From Phoronis australis (lineage: Eukaryota; Animalia; Phoronida), in assembly GCA_002633005.1 (NCBI GenBank), contig NMRA01000185.1:679993-743992 (forward strand): a DNA stretch of 64,000 nt, given 5' to 3'. The notes under the pieces were generated by a model, which saw only the letters and a program-made list of their open reading frames with translations, was not told the origin of the DNA and did no database searches. The position numbers and the translations under genes were made by a program. Of the stretch, positions 24,107 through 36,518 are shown piece by piece (positions within the stretch are counted from its first letter, which is position 1; each line of letters opens with the position of its first letter).

Positions 24107-25976
24107 AATCTGAAGGTAAGTGAACCCCAAACAATGTTAAGATGTTACTGGAGTGTTATCGAAACAGAAAGCATGCAAAGAATGCATACCTCAAGAGGAA
24201 AATTTCTGGGCAGCCATTTCAAATGACATGAAGTCAAAAAGCGTCCACATGTCATGGGAATTCTTGCAAAAAAAGTTTGACAACATGAAATTCCGTTGGG
24301 TAAAATGTTTCAACTTTGATTAATATATTTGTATTTCTAAGCTTGTCATCCATTTCCTGACACGACTTGCCTGAAATGAGCTGCTTTGTCATAGTCTCTT
24401 GTTGGCTCGTGTCTGTAATGAGTCATTTTGTGTAAGTGACTACATATATCTTATTAATGTGTGTGTCTCAGTAATATATCCACCATAATGTGGTCTATCT
24501 TTCTAATGCAGTCATGACTGATGTGCTTTAGGTACAAGACAGTAAGGGGCCGTCACGCAAAAACCAGTCCGGGGCGCTTGGGAAGACTTCGAAGTAATGG
24601 ACGAGATTCTACGTGGAGATCCCGCTGTTACTCCTACAATAACTATTTCATGGAAGGAAGGGATTTCTGGTATAAAGTTAGAAATGGTTTCAAAGTTTTA
24701 TCCAATCTCATGTCAATGTTGGGTTCTCTTCATTGCACTTTTTGTGGTGCCTGATTGGAGGTGTTTTGCCCGCAGTTAATACTCACTCGATCATGCCAAT
24801 GGCAGATATTTCTTTGCTAATGTATTTGCTTTGGCATTGTTGACTGAGTTAAAAACTAATATCAACTGACAGCATGGTCCAATTAGAATAATTGTTACTG
24901 AAGTAGAGTTCAATTAAAGGACGAAAGAGTATTGTTGATCACAGGCATTCAATGGTCTTGTCCTCTCCCTCACCTAGATTAGAAATGATTGGTGAGCTTG
25001 AGGCGAACTAATAATTATGCCTCATAAAAGGGACATGGTGAATGTAACCATTATTATGTATATGTGCAACCCCTACATTTTTCAGGATGTTTCAAACAAA
25101 ATTGCAAAATTGCATGGTTATGAACTACTATAGGGCATAAATTTGACATTTTGGTGGTTGGCCATTTTTCTGGATTGTAACCTATTTAACATAGTGCAAT
25201 TCTCTAAAGGAATGCTTGTCTATGTACATTTCTAACAACCTTCAACCACTGGATGTCTCAAAAACCCTGGTAAGATTTTGACAAAATATGGCGCAAGGGT
25301 CATAGGCAGATCCAGGATTTTGAGTTGGGGGGAGGGCAGGGCAGAGTATTAACCTGGGTTTTGCCTGTCGGACATTCATACACCCGAACTAAATCCACCA
25401 CTGAGGGTGTTGGGCAACACTATGATGGTTCATGCCTCTTTTCAATCAGCCCTACAACCTGGCGTAAGAAGGGCGTAGCTCTTTCTGTATTTTTGGGGAG
25501 GAGCATTTCCGGATGATAGCTAGTAAGAGAACTGATGAAGACAGATTTCAATGAAACTTTACTCAGCAGTATATGCTGACAATGTGCTGGCACTATTTGA
25601 TTTTGGAGCTAATTTGACCACTACAGCACCTCCTATTGACCCTTAAAATCATATCGTATGCGATGTACTGTGGGTATACCGCAGCGACGTTCTAGTTCTG
25701 TGTTCCTACTTTGTGGTAATCGGTAGTTACTGGTTATAATTATCACTTTCTAAAAATACCTCCAGAAAAGAACATACCAAACAAAGCACAGCCAAGCATG
25801 AGTTCTTGCAAAAGAACTGCATGTCCATAACGACATGTATCAAAAAAAAGAAAAGTGACGAGCCGCCTGAATGGTTCAAGGCTCATCAAGCTACAACGAA
25901 GAGCCAAATGGAAGAATTGATTAATGCAGTAAAGGAAAGAAATGACATCCTGAGAAACTTTGTTGACAAGCTTTAG
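24107..25976 (+). pseudogene. Myb/SANT-like (trihelix) DNA-binding gene of a PIF/Harbinger element, at least 3 exons
   Basis: Exon ~24107-24295 KMLLECY...WAAISNDM...KKFDNMKFR; exon from 24532 YKTV...WEDFEVMDEILRGDPAVTP; last exon PPEWFK...ERNDILRNFVDKL*; stops and frameshifts present. Confidence 0.75.
25301..25403. mobile_element. Short MITE with perfect 5-bp TSD
   Basis: CATAGGCAGAT...ATCCACCACTG flanked by AGGGT on both sides. Confidence 0.75.
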
Positions 25977-28852
25977 TTTTTGTTCTCAGTGTACCCCCAT
26001 AGTATTCAGATCTTGGTGCATATTGCTGTATGTCAGCACATTCGAGTTCGTACATCCACCTGTTGGTAGTTTTATATTTTTGACGTCATAAATATTTGAT
26101 GGGTTTTCTTTTATTTCTTCTTTTTATTAAATAATGTGATAACAAAAAGTGTGTTTTATCAGTAAATCTTGACCAAGACCTCACTCAAATGCAGGTCTTT
26201 CATAGTCATGAAACTGGGGAGCTAAACAGTCTAAATGTATTAGTTATTGATTGGATTAAATATTAACAATACATCCATTTTTATCAGTAAATGAATGTTT
26301 AATATATCCAAACACATTATCTAAATAATGTTAATTGGAAGCAAGAATTAAATAAACTAAAAGTGTCACGCAGCTGGAAGACAGTCATTTTCAATTAATT
26401 AAAAAAACTTGGTATTACATCAATGGGTCTCCAATACACACCAGCTTTGAAATTATGCAGGAAATACACTATAAAGGCCTCTTCTTATCAAGCACTTGTG
26501 GGTTTTGCTCCTTAGCTTGGTAATGAAAGCAATAGATGGGTGCGGGTATTCGAATGCTGGCAGGATAAAGTTCCACTACAAGTTCTATCAGCGTGTTTCC
26601 TAATACAATGCAATTTGGAACAGACGGCTAGTATACAACAATGGGGGTTAATCAATAAACAGGTACTATGACAAGTTTTCTCGTAAATATTCTCTTCTTA
26701 AAATTAATTGTAAATAATAAAGGCCATTGGATTTGTTAGCTAACATACCCACATCATAAGCCAAGGTGGAAAGAAAACCTGCCTGTTTTTTTTAAGGTTA
26801 ATATATGTATACTCAAAATGACCAAAAATGTTTCAAATGCCTTTTAGTGCCTTGTAATTTAATTTTTTTCTTGTATCGTAATGTAAACTTAACTTCATCA
26901 CGGCCTTGGCACCAGTTTAGCAGTGTGTGGGCTGTGTAACGAGGGCATAGAAACAAAAATACCATTGGTTAGGTATTTATTAGAAAGAGAACGAAGGAGA
27001 CACGTAACTCTATACACCAGCAGAGAGGGGTTCAACAAAGCTAAGTCATGTAGGTAATGCAAGGGAAAGCAGCAAATGCATGAACGGGAGACACAAGATG
27101 ATAACTCGTAAGTACAGTTAGCATGATTATTGTACTATATATCTGATAACTAAATGTTTCTTTGTTACATGTAGGCTCAAGAATTTACTTATCAAATCTC
27201 GACGAAAAAGTAGGAATTCGAGAAAAAATGTAGAGAAAATTAGGAATGCCTCTAAACAAATAGGAATATGTTCAACTTCGGGAGGCATGGGTTCATGTGC
27301 AAGATAAATAAGAAGAACGGAACTACCAACCATACCTGATTAAAAACAAAAATTATACTTGGTGACCAAGTCAAAGACAGTGTTCTTGTGGGCATTAGCT
27401 TGTAACTTAATGTTCAAGGGTTTCATTTCCTTACAAGGAGTGTGCTATTTCCAAGCGTTTCTCTAAAGCCTCACCATGACAATTGCCACAACTATCATCA
27501 CATTCATCACCCTCACCCTCTTTATTCATAATGATGAAGTTATGCAGAACACAGATACTGAATATGAACCTTACAATATTTGTTTCATTAGTCATTTCCA
27601 TATCTTTCAGTCGATGAAATTTACCTTTCAAAATTCCTATAGATCGTTCTACATCGCAGCGTGTTCTTGCATGTGCTACATTGAAGTTCTTTTCTATTTC
27701 TGTAAGATGCCCATTATCGCGAAACGGAACCAACATATAGTCCTTGTTTTGATAGGCAGAGTCTGCAGATGGTAGTCTGCTGGCAATCTGTCAGTCAACG
27801 ATTCCAAAGATTGACCTAGAGGCGAGTTCCGAAACACACGACTGTCGTGGGCAGATCCAGGATAACCACAGAAGACATCGGTGAAGAGCAACCTTCTATT
27901 GCAGACAACCTTTAAATTGATAGTACACCCAAATCATTTTTAGTACAAACCAGTTCAAATTATTATACTAAGTGACTTTCGCCCAGGTTATGTTGTTGAT
28001 TGCCTGGACAGAAGTGAGATAATGAACAACGTGGACTTATGATACAATTCCAATTAGGAGAGACCCCAACAATATTGCAAACTATGATTTTAGGCACCAT
28101 TGAAGAGTTGGTGGAAGTTCATCCATCATCCATCAATAGTTGAGTTTTGTACATGGAAGTAAATAAAAAGGTACCAAACCACACAATCAATGTGGACAAC
28201 TATCCATATTTTTTTAATGTCAGCATTGGGGACAAGGTTGAAAAGGTTGTCAAAATAATCCAATTCTGTTAGAGTCTCTATTTTTTCTGGTGTCTGCTTC
28301 CGTATTATGCAAATCACTAAAAGGATCGTTTACAAAATCAGTAAATTGGTTCCTGCTGAAAAGACTACGGCTGCCACAAATTTTCGGAAGAACCCAACTA
28401 CTTGGTTGCCCGTAGTTCTGCCGCTGTGTATCCATAACCCCTTGCAGGATCTTCACTAACCTTGACAAATCTTTCCCTAAGGTGTTGACCAACAATGAAT
28501 AATTTCAGACAGATGTAGGAACAATTGTGGCCCCTGGTGGCTCTTTAAATTTTTAACATTTACATTGACATAGTCAAGTTTCGTTGACAGATTTTCATAA
28601 AAATAGAGCAGATAATTTTTTATTGAGGACGTGGCAAATGATGCCTTGAGTGATAATCTTTGGGGTATGTTCAATAAATTACCAACATATTAAGATTACT
28701 TATATATTTTTTTAAAAGGAAACATGCTTTAGCCAAGGGCTTATATACACCATGGTCCTCCTCTACAGGTTCTCATTCACTCCCTTGCACACATTTACAA
28801 GTAAGACCGAGCTCAGAGGAATAGGAGACATCTTTGTGAAATGCTTGAATGT

Positions 28853-28930
28853 CAGCCAGTGAAACCAGGATTTGAACCCAGGTCTCTCATGTGGGAGTCT
28901 GGAGCTTTCACCACAGAGCCACACTGTCTC
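28853..28930 (-). mobile_element. tRNA-derived SINE head / tRNA pseudogene
   Basis: A box GTGGCTCTGTGGT and B box GGTTCAAATCC at tRNA spacing; cloverleaf stems are degenerate. Confidence 0.6.
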
Positions 28931-29775
28931 AAAAGAATGAGACCCTTTACATAATGGTAAAGACAGGAAAGAACATCATTCAGCACCAAGAAAAGTAGGA
29001 AATGCCACCTGTAGGTGCATCGCAGGAAACCCTTTCCTGCATATGAATGCATCTCTGGTCTCCCTATTCACTCCATTTATCTTGATATAAGTGCCATCTA
29101 TGGCACCTATGACACCTGGAATGCCAGCAATACACTAGTACTCCCTTGCTATGCTTGACCAGTCTCCAGCTCCAGGCCACTTGATAACATCATCTACAAT
29201 TACATTTTTTTATCACAAAATATGTTTAAAAAACAAAATTAATGATTGGCAATCTTCAGTGAAATTTTCTTGTTGACAGTAAAAATATTTATTAAGGAAA
29301 CATTGCTACTAATAATTACACAGTAGGCATTCCCAAAAACTGAACTAAATATGACTTGTGTAATATAAAACAGCAAGTAATGAATATGACGAATTAAATT
29401 TATTCATGGCCAAAAATCTAAATACCTCAGAACCTATTGAACAGTTCTGTTTTGTTAATGTATTGTACAAGTGCAATAAAGGTACAAGCAACAGTGTCTT
29501 CTAAGTCATCCAGCGACAATAATCCATTTTAATGTCCACAAGATTACACACTTGACTTCACTAAAGACCCCACTGGTCATGAAGTTTTAGTTGCCAGAAT
29601 TTGTGTCGGACATTGGTCACACACAGCAATACCTGTAGGGCTCACTGGATCTTCTATCAGCATGACGTTATTAATTTACTCAGACCATCATATCAAAGCA
29701 AACACATTTACAAATCGTGCATGCATTTAACATAAAAGTTTGAGTGTCAAAAAAATTGGTCAAGGTCAAACCGGC

Positions 29776-30528
29776 ATGGACGGCTAAAAATCTCTCCGCA
29801 AAAGCAGAGCCGTTTTGAATGTTATGCCGCCAAAACCATATCCGTACACGCTTAGAAAGGACTCTGTAAGTACTACTGACGAGATGTCTGAAGAAATTAA
29901 GGAAATAATCTTGCGAGTTGAGGCTAGTTTGGGTGCGAAAATTGACGGTGTCCTAGAGAACATTGACACCATTCAAACGCAATCGACTGGGTTGAACACT
30001 AAAATGGACAATGCACAACAGGAAATTGACAGTCTCAGTGAACAAGTCAAAATGCTGAAAACGCGTGCCCTTGAAGAAGAGACAAGGAACAGGAGATACA
30101 ACTTGCTAATTTATGGCTTGAATGACTCTGACGGGATTAACGAATACATACAGTCGAAGGTGAGAGATTTGGTCGGCTCTCTCGGCATAGCCCCAGACTT
30201 TGCGCGTACATTTCCTATCGTAAACGTTCATCGAATTCCCCGAAAAGTTAAACACGACGAGTCGCCCGATCCAGTGGTGGTCAAATTTATGTCAATTTTT
30301 CACAGGGATCAAGTATGGAGAGCAAGTTGGAACAGACAGGTAAGGGATGGAATAGTTTTCCGCACAGATTTGCCAGTAGTTTTGAAACAGAAATGAAGAA
30401 AGCCAGCTGCGAGAGCCTACTCCATTTGGAAAGACCAGGGATGGCACACGAGAATCCGTGAGTCAAAGTCTGACGTCTGGCTTGAAGTTCGCGAAAATAA
30501 GGAGGCCCAATGGAACAAACTTGAGTGA
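29776..30528 (+). pseudogene. Tx1/L1-type LINE ORF1
   Basis: Coiled coil, then RNRRYNLLIYGL...VHRI...PVVVKF...TDLP; two in-frame stops. Confidence 0.85.
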
Positions 30529-31099
30529 TGGAATCTAGATAACTGGATCTTGAACAGTGTTTAAAATGACTGTTTTCAGCATCGTTTTTGTTCTATTTTT
30601 TATATTGTTACACAGTTCAAGTAAACTCATGTGTAGTGTATATGGGTTTCTCTCAGTGCTCGAGGATTATCATTGCTTCATTTATTGTTTTTCGTGGGCC
30701 TTGGGCCGAGTCTCCGAAATATATACATATATGTATGTGATGTAGGCCTATGTTGGTTTATTTTTTATGCAATACTTGGTGTAACTCCCAGGTCAAGGTG
30801 TTTCCCCGCGTGCCTTGTTTATTGAGCAAATACACAACGTACATGTGACATTTCAAATGCTTTGCATTTGCATATCGATAGGCCTGTTGTTTCCATTCTC
30901 TTTTCACTAAGCCGTGTTCTATTACTGTTGCTATAGGTACATGATTACAGGCTCTGTTTGCACCGGGCTGATCTGTCTTGATTTCATTTGCATATGAAGA
31001 ACATTGCTGTATGTACATGTATAGTTTCTTGTGTGAGTGTGAGTGTGTGCGTGATTGTTTCAGGGGGAGCTATTCAGATTTTCTCTATGTATATTGATC

Positions 31100-31880
31100 A
31101 TGGCTAGCATACGTTTGTTTTCAATGAACTGCAGGGGCCTTCAAAGTCTTTACAAACGCAGAGATGTTTTTAATTTACATAATAAACAATTTTCTATATA
31201 CTGTTTACAGGACACACACTTTGTACCAACCGATGAACCTGTTGTAAAAGCAATGTGGGGTGGTGATGTGATAATGCGCTGTGGTACAAGTAATTCCCGA
31301 GGTGTATGCATACTGTTCAAAAACAATTTTGAGTACGAACTAACAGATATTGTAGGTGACGAAGAGGGTAATCTTTTGATAGTAAATTTTATCATTGAAA
31401 AAACATTCTCGGTCACATTGATTAATATTTATGGTCCCAATAATGACAATCCAATTTTTCAGCGCCACCTAGATAATTCTGATGGAACGCCTGTTGTTTT
31501 ATGTGGGGACTGGAACCTCGTCCAGACTTTTGAATTGGATTGCGTCAGTTATGAACGCATTAATAATCTAAACGCCAGACTCGAGGTTCTCGACTTTGAG
31601 GAAAACTAACCCTATGAAAAAAGCCAGGCTTGATTTTTTTCTAATTTCGGAAAAGATCCACGGCATGAGTCTACAGGGATAATACCAGGATATCGAAGTG
31701 ATCATCATGCCATTACTATTGAAATTAAAATTACGGAATTCCAGCGCGGCCGAGGTCTATGGCGTTTTAACAATTCTTTATTAAAAGACTCTGACTTAGT
31801 TAATCGTATTAAACAAGTTATAGACGAGAGTATTGTGGAGTATGCCGCTCTACCCTATGACAGGCAAAATGTTCTACATA
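31100..31880 (+). pseudogene. Tx1/L1-type LINE ORF2 N-terminus (APE endonuclease), 3'-truncated
   Basis: SMNCRGL, CLQDTH, NIYGPN, CGDWN, then frameshifted SDHH and RGRGLWRFNNSLL. Confidence 0.88.
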
Positions 31881-33588
31881 TTTAGCGAGGACAGCACTCT
31901 TCAGCGAATCGCTTCGTAACCGTGTTAAATTCGCTCACTACAATCGGCAAAAAATAACTCAAAAATGTAATAAATGTGAATAAAAATTATTGCAAAGTAT
32001 GAAAGAATATATCGTTTTACTTATCTGATAATCTTTTTTTGTCACAAAATTTGTTTAATAATACTTTGCACGAGTTTTTTGCAGGGACGTGATCGATTTT
32101 TCAGACCAAAATGGATGCCGTTAAAAATGACTGCTATTTGGTTTTCAACCCAGGAGAAGACTAAACTCGTGAATTTTTACGTGAAACTTCGTGAAAGAAC
32201 AAAAGGGAGCCTTACGAACCCGATTATGTAAGTAGTTTTCACTTTCCTGCACTTAAAAGTTGAAAAAGTCGCCTGTTCCCGCGACCTTCAACTTCGAGCT
32301 GAATTTATTGGTATATAGCATAATTTGCGAATGTAATGAACTGTATTCCACACTAAAGGGCTCCTTAATGAACTATTTCTAACACTTTTTCTTAACGAAC
32401 ATTTCGTCAATTTCTGACAATCCGGCGAATTTCTTACTCACTTCGTGGTTCCGGGTACTGCCACTAGGGGTGGTCCTGTGAATCGCGTTGAATGTTTGGT
32501 TTACAATACATACTGAAGCACTTCCCCTTTTCCTGATGAAAACTCAATGTAAAAGAGAACTAAACAGTCATTTCTCGAAGTGAGAACAATGATTCTTATA
32601 TTTAAGTTTTTTTTTCTATTTTGCTTCACATTTTTGTTGGTCAAGCCACTGATAGACTTGGGTTGGCTTGCTGCCTTGTTGGTCATAACATTTTATACAG
32701 AATATGTCAAGAAAGAAAATGAAAATGTTTTAATTTTAGATTAAACAAATATTACAAATGTACAGTTCTACTGTAGTCCTGTGTTTCCAAGACTTTGTGG
32801 TCCACTACTTTGAAACATATACATGCTTTCGATAAACTTTTTTTCTGACCACGGGCCAGTATATATAGTAATTGAGGTTTGCCTAGAGTGTTCATAAAGC
32901 TCACCCTGATCTTTATCCTCCAGGTAAGCTTCGTTGGAATTTCCTGTGGACCAAACCAGTTGTTATTTTCTTCATTATTTTTGTTCTTATAATTTCACTC
33001 CAATTTATCAGTTTCTATCATCATCATGTCCCACATTTCTTTCTCAACAGACTCTGCTTCTAGCTCTTGGTCCAGATCCTTCTACTTTCCTGCTTCTACT
33101 GATTCTACTTGCATTTTATCAGTTATTCAGTTGGACATGATCTCATGACAAACGGTCAAAGCCTCCTTCATTTTGGCTCTCCCCTCCACCTATCGGACGG
33201 TGCTTTTCAGCTCCTGATGCTGTTGAGGAGTCCGCGAAGAAGTACCATATGCCAACACCACCTCTTAAGACACTGACAGACAAATACTGACAAGACCTAT
33301 CTGGCTATTTCTTTTTTCTTTTCACAACCTTGTAGTTTAATACTATTATGTCACCTTTGTTTAAATGTGCATAATTTCCAAGTAGGGTAACATTTTGCAT
33401 AACACTGTTCAAATAATTATGAATTATAGTATTCTTTCAGGTCCTCGGCTATCTGTCTTGGTTTAATATCCATTACGACGAAGATGAGGCTATCTACTCC
33501 TTTCGGCTGATTGATGACTTTGGTCAAAGGGACTTCGAAGTGCTGGAATAACTCAGTGTTGCATATAGATACTCCGATGACTTATGAT

Positions 33589-33872
33589 AGTCAGAAAGGG
33601 TTTGGCCCCCCCTTCCTTAAGGACGCCACAAGTCTGTGTAAGGTACTCCACTGACTTGGTCATTGAAAGGGTTTGGCTCCCTTTTCTTGAGGATGCCACA
33701 AGTCTCTAAGGTACTTCGCTGACGTACAGTAGTCAGTGAAAGAGTTTGGCCCCCTTCCTTGAGGATACCACAAGTCTGTGTAAGGAACTCCACTGAGCGT
33801 CTCTTTACTGGAAGGTACTCCACTGTCAATTGTCACAGAAAGGGTTTGGCCCCTCCTTCCTTGAGGATGCCT
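33589..33872. repeat. Tandem repeat, ~4 units of 70-100 bp
   Basis: GAAAGGGTTTGGCCCCCCTTCCTTGAGGATGCC(ACAAGTC) recurs near 33595, 33666, 33738 and 33838. Confidence 0.8.
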
Positions 33873-35412
33873 TGAGAACTTTGTTTATCTGTCCATCATA
33901 AATTCTTTTTTGTGTTCATATCACTCGAGACAATTTTAGGATTATGAATATTGCAGTTGTTGGTTTTATAGCATGAACATTCCTGGATGGCTCATGACAG
34001 GGTCTTCATTTTATTACATTGTTGTGGAAAGTTTATGTGAAAGTTTTATTTATTATATGTCTTTCAGAAGGTTGTATTAAAATGTTCTATTTATCATACT
34101 TGTCATCAATACATTTTTGAAATGATGTTTGTTTATCTTTGATTTTTATTTAATGTAATTGATTTCGACAAAGTTAAGCCGGTTGCAAACAGCATGATTG
34201 TTAAAAACAATATCACAAATAATATCAATAATTTACTCAATCAATTTTAATATCAAGTTTCAACTTTCCTGATGAAAAATCTTTAAAATGATACCTTATT
34301 TGTTTTTTTCCTGGAGTAATTGTTATTTTATGAAAATTCGAAATCGCAAAATTGTACGTAGTGACTTCTCTTTGTCGGCTGTGTTGACTTTAAGGTCAAT
34401 ATCTTCGCACAGGAACGTCTAATCGAAATTGTTTTTTGGCAAATTATTCATCATAAAAAGTTCTTTAAAATGATGTATTACATGTCTATTTACGTTTCTT
34501 AGTTTTGAAATAATAATATTTTGAACTCGCAGATTCGATTTGACAGAATTTTTACCAAAAATTTTGACACAAAAATGACATTTTCTCCGGAACCATAAGT
34601 CCAATTTAAAAAATTTTACTATCATTATTTTAGTCTCAAAAAGAGCTTTCTAATGATGTATATTACTTGCACATTTTCTAAAATTTTTGAAAAATGCTGT
34701 TCTCCCTAACATATTCCCAAGGCTGATCTGTCACGAGACAGGCAGGCAGAGGTACTGATGTGTAAGTGATATGCTTCGAGTTACTGGCCAACCACCACTC
34801 ATTATAGTTATTGCTAGGAGCAGACGAAAAGTGTCAATACACTGAAAAACTGAGGTATCTATCACTAAAATTTGCTGTTTGACAGCATATTTGTGATTTG
34901 TTGACAGCGCAAGAAAAGTAGACTGTGTAGATGTACTGGCTCTAAAATTCTACCTCTAAAGTAACTCTTTGAAGAAATTTTAGGCTAGAGAAATCCGCAC
35001 TCTACAAAGTGGCGAGTCGATTAGACGTACCTCAAAAACAGAACCTGTCATACGGAAGTGGCTCTTGAACTGATCCGGCGAGTACAACAGGACAACATTC
35101 TCCACAAACCCATCTATCCTGGCTCCTTCTCTAGACCTCAGACCACTCACGACTGCCGTATCTACTAAAGAACTCTCACACAATGAACACAATGTTGTAA
35201 TCGGCAACATCATTGGCTCTTTGTTTTTCCTGTGGCGTCTTGTGATTGGTCTGTTTTTGTGTGTTCCCCGTATGTCTCCTATATAAGTCGTTGGCGCCAC
35301 TGTCAGATGGGTTTTTTTCAAGAACCCGCAAGACGAGTCATCTATGGTTGCTCCGCTTGGCGTCAACTGACTGACTTATATCTTCATAAAAGTAAGTACT
35401 CTTGTGCCTAAC

Positions 35413-36341
35413 TAGGCAATGACCATCGCCTCTGTTGGCCCGAAACAGAGGCGATGTAGAGGCTATAGGCGCTCTGTACGCCGGAAGCTTTTCGGCGAAT
35501 TATGCCTCGCACCGACTAAACCATCAAAGTCACGTTGTTATAAATACCTTTTGCGCATAGAGGAACACCTTAGGAGGTTGTCAATGTGTTTAAGTCCTTC
35601 CAACTCCAACACATACTCCCATTATGAAACTTTTTCTTCGATCAGTCCCTATTTCAGTTCCCAAAATCGTGAAATCAAAATTTTCATTTTTTTAACCAGG
35701 CCGAAGGTCAGAAGTTGCGATCCTACCGGCGAACTTTGAAAGCTGAAGTTCCCGCCCTTCGCGTACGTGCTGCCGGGAACCAGCCGTGCATTTGCCGTGT
35801 TGTTAAACATTAAAATGTCAAATATGTGCACAAAGACTATTAAATGTTATATCAACAGCATTTATTTTTATCAAATACAAACAATAATTCATTGAAATAC
35901 AATCAGTTTCAAGTAACGCCAATTAAAGACAAGTATAAGTGGTGGCATTTTGGAAACGAACATTTGACTGACAAGACCGCAATGGCTCACCTTTGGCCTA
36001 TTTAAAGATTGAGGTCATGAAGTCACATCACCTAGCGAGCGCGGTAAAAATTGGAGCGTGCGCAGTATAAAAATGGTGAGTTCACGATTTTGGGAACTGA
36101 AATAGGGACTGCTCGAAGAAAAAGTTTGATAATGGGAGTATTTGTTCGAGTTGGAAGGAATTAAACACATCGACAACCTCCTAAGGTGTTCCTCTATGCG
36201 CAAAAGGTATTTATAACAACGTGACTTTGATGGTTTAGTCGGTGCGAGGCATAATTCGCCGAAAAGCTTCCGGCGAACAGAGCGCCTATAGCCTCTACAT
36301 CGCCTCTGCTTCGGGCCAACAGAGGCGATGGTCATTGATTA
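35413..36341. mobile_element. Foldback DNA transposon, ~270-bp TIRs and 9-bp TSD (AcademH- or MULE-like)
   Basis: Near-identical inverted arms 35413-~35690 and ~36065-36341; TSD GTGCCTAAC at 35404-35412 and 36342-36350. Confidence 0.9.
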
Positions 36342-36474
36342 GTGCCTAACTAGTGAACCTGTAGGAATACAACAATAACATTAAAATTTCTTAATCGTCA
36401 CTTAGCTCTTCACTCATTACTAACTTTACTATAGCCTCCACCATTTAAACACCCACAATCCTTCCTATTTTCTT

Positions 36475-36518
36475 GCGCAAGTGTAGACTAGTACACCTAG
36501 CGTCTACAGAACGCACCC
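36475..36518 (-). repeat. Probable Harbinger terminal inverted repeat (right end)
   Basis: Minus strand GGGTGCGTTCTGTAGACGCTAGGTGTACTAGTCTACAC, a Harbinger-type GGTGCGTT terminus upstream of transposase exon 1; partner TIR not found. Confidence 0.5.

Larger units (their letters stand above)
27431..35213 (-). pseudogene. PIF/Harbinger (HARBI1-like DDE) transposase, multi-exon, disrupted
   Basis: Exon ~35213-35031 FVENVVLLYSPDQFKSHFRMT..FE|GT; exon 29193-29009 IKWP...GIPGVIGAIDGTYI...RKGFPAMHLQ|GT; exon 27909-27431 FTDVFCGYPGSAHDSRVF...FNVAHARTRCDVERSIGILKGKF...CVLHNF. Confidence 0.85.

Noticed and set aside
25530-25565. Hammerhead-like CTGATGA...GAAAC
   Set aside because: Stem II does not pair and there is no NUH cleavage triplet in register
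23400-28930. Functional tRNA genes at ~23440 and ~28890
   Set aside because: Acceptor or anticodon stems are incomplete; treated as SINE heads
35419-36335. Two near-identical 106-aa ORFs on opposite strands
   Set aside because: Mirror images produced by the long TIRs; no recognisable domain
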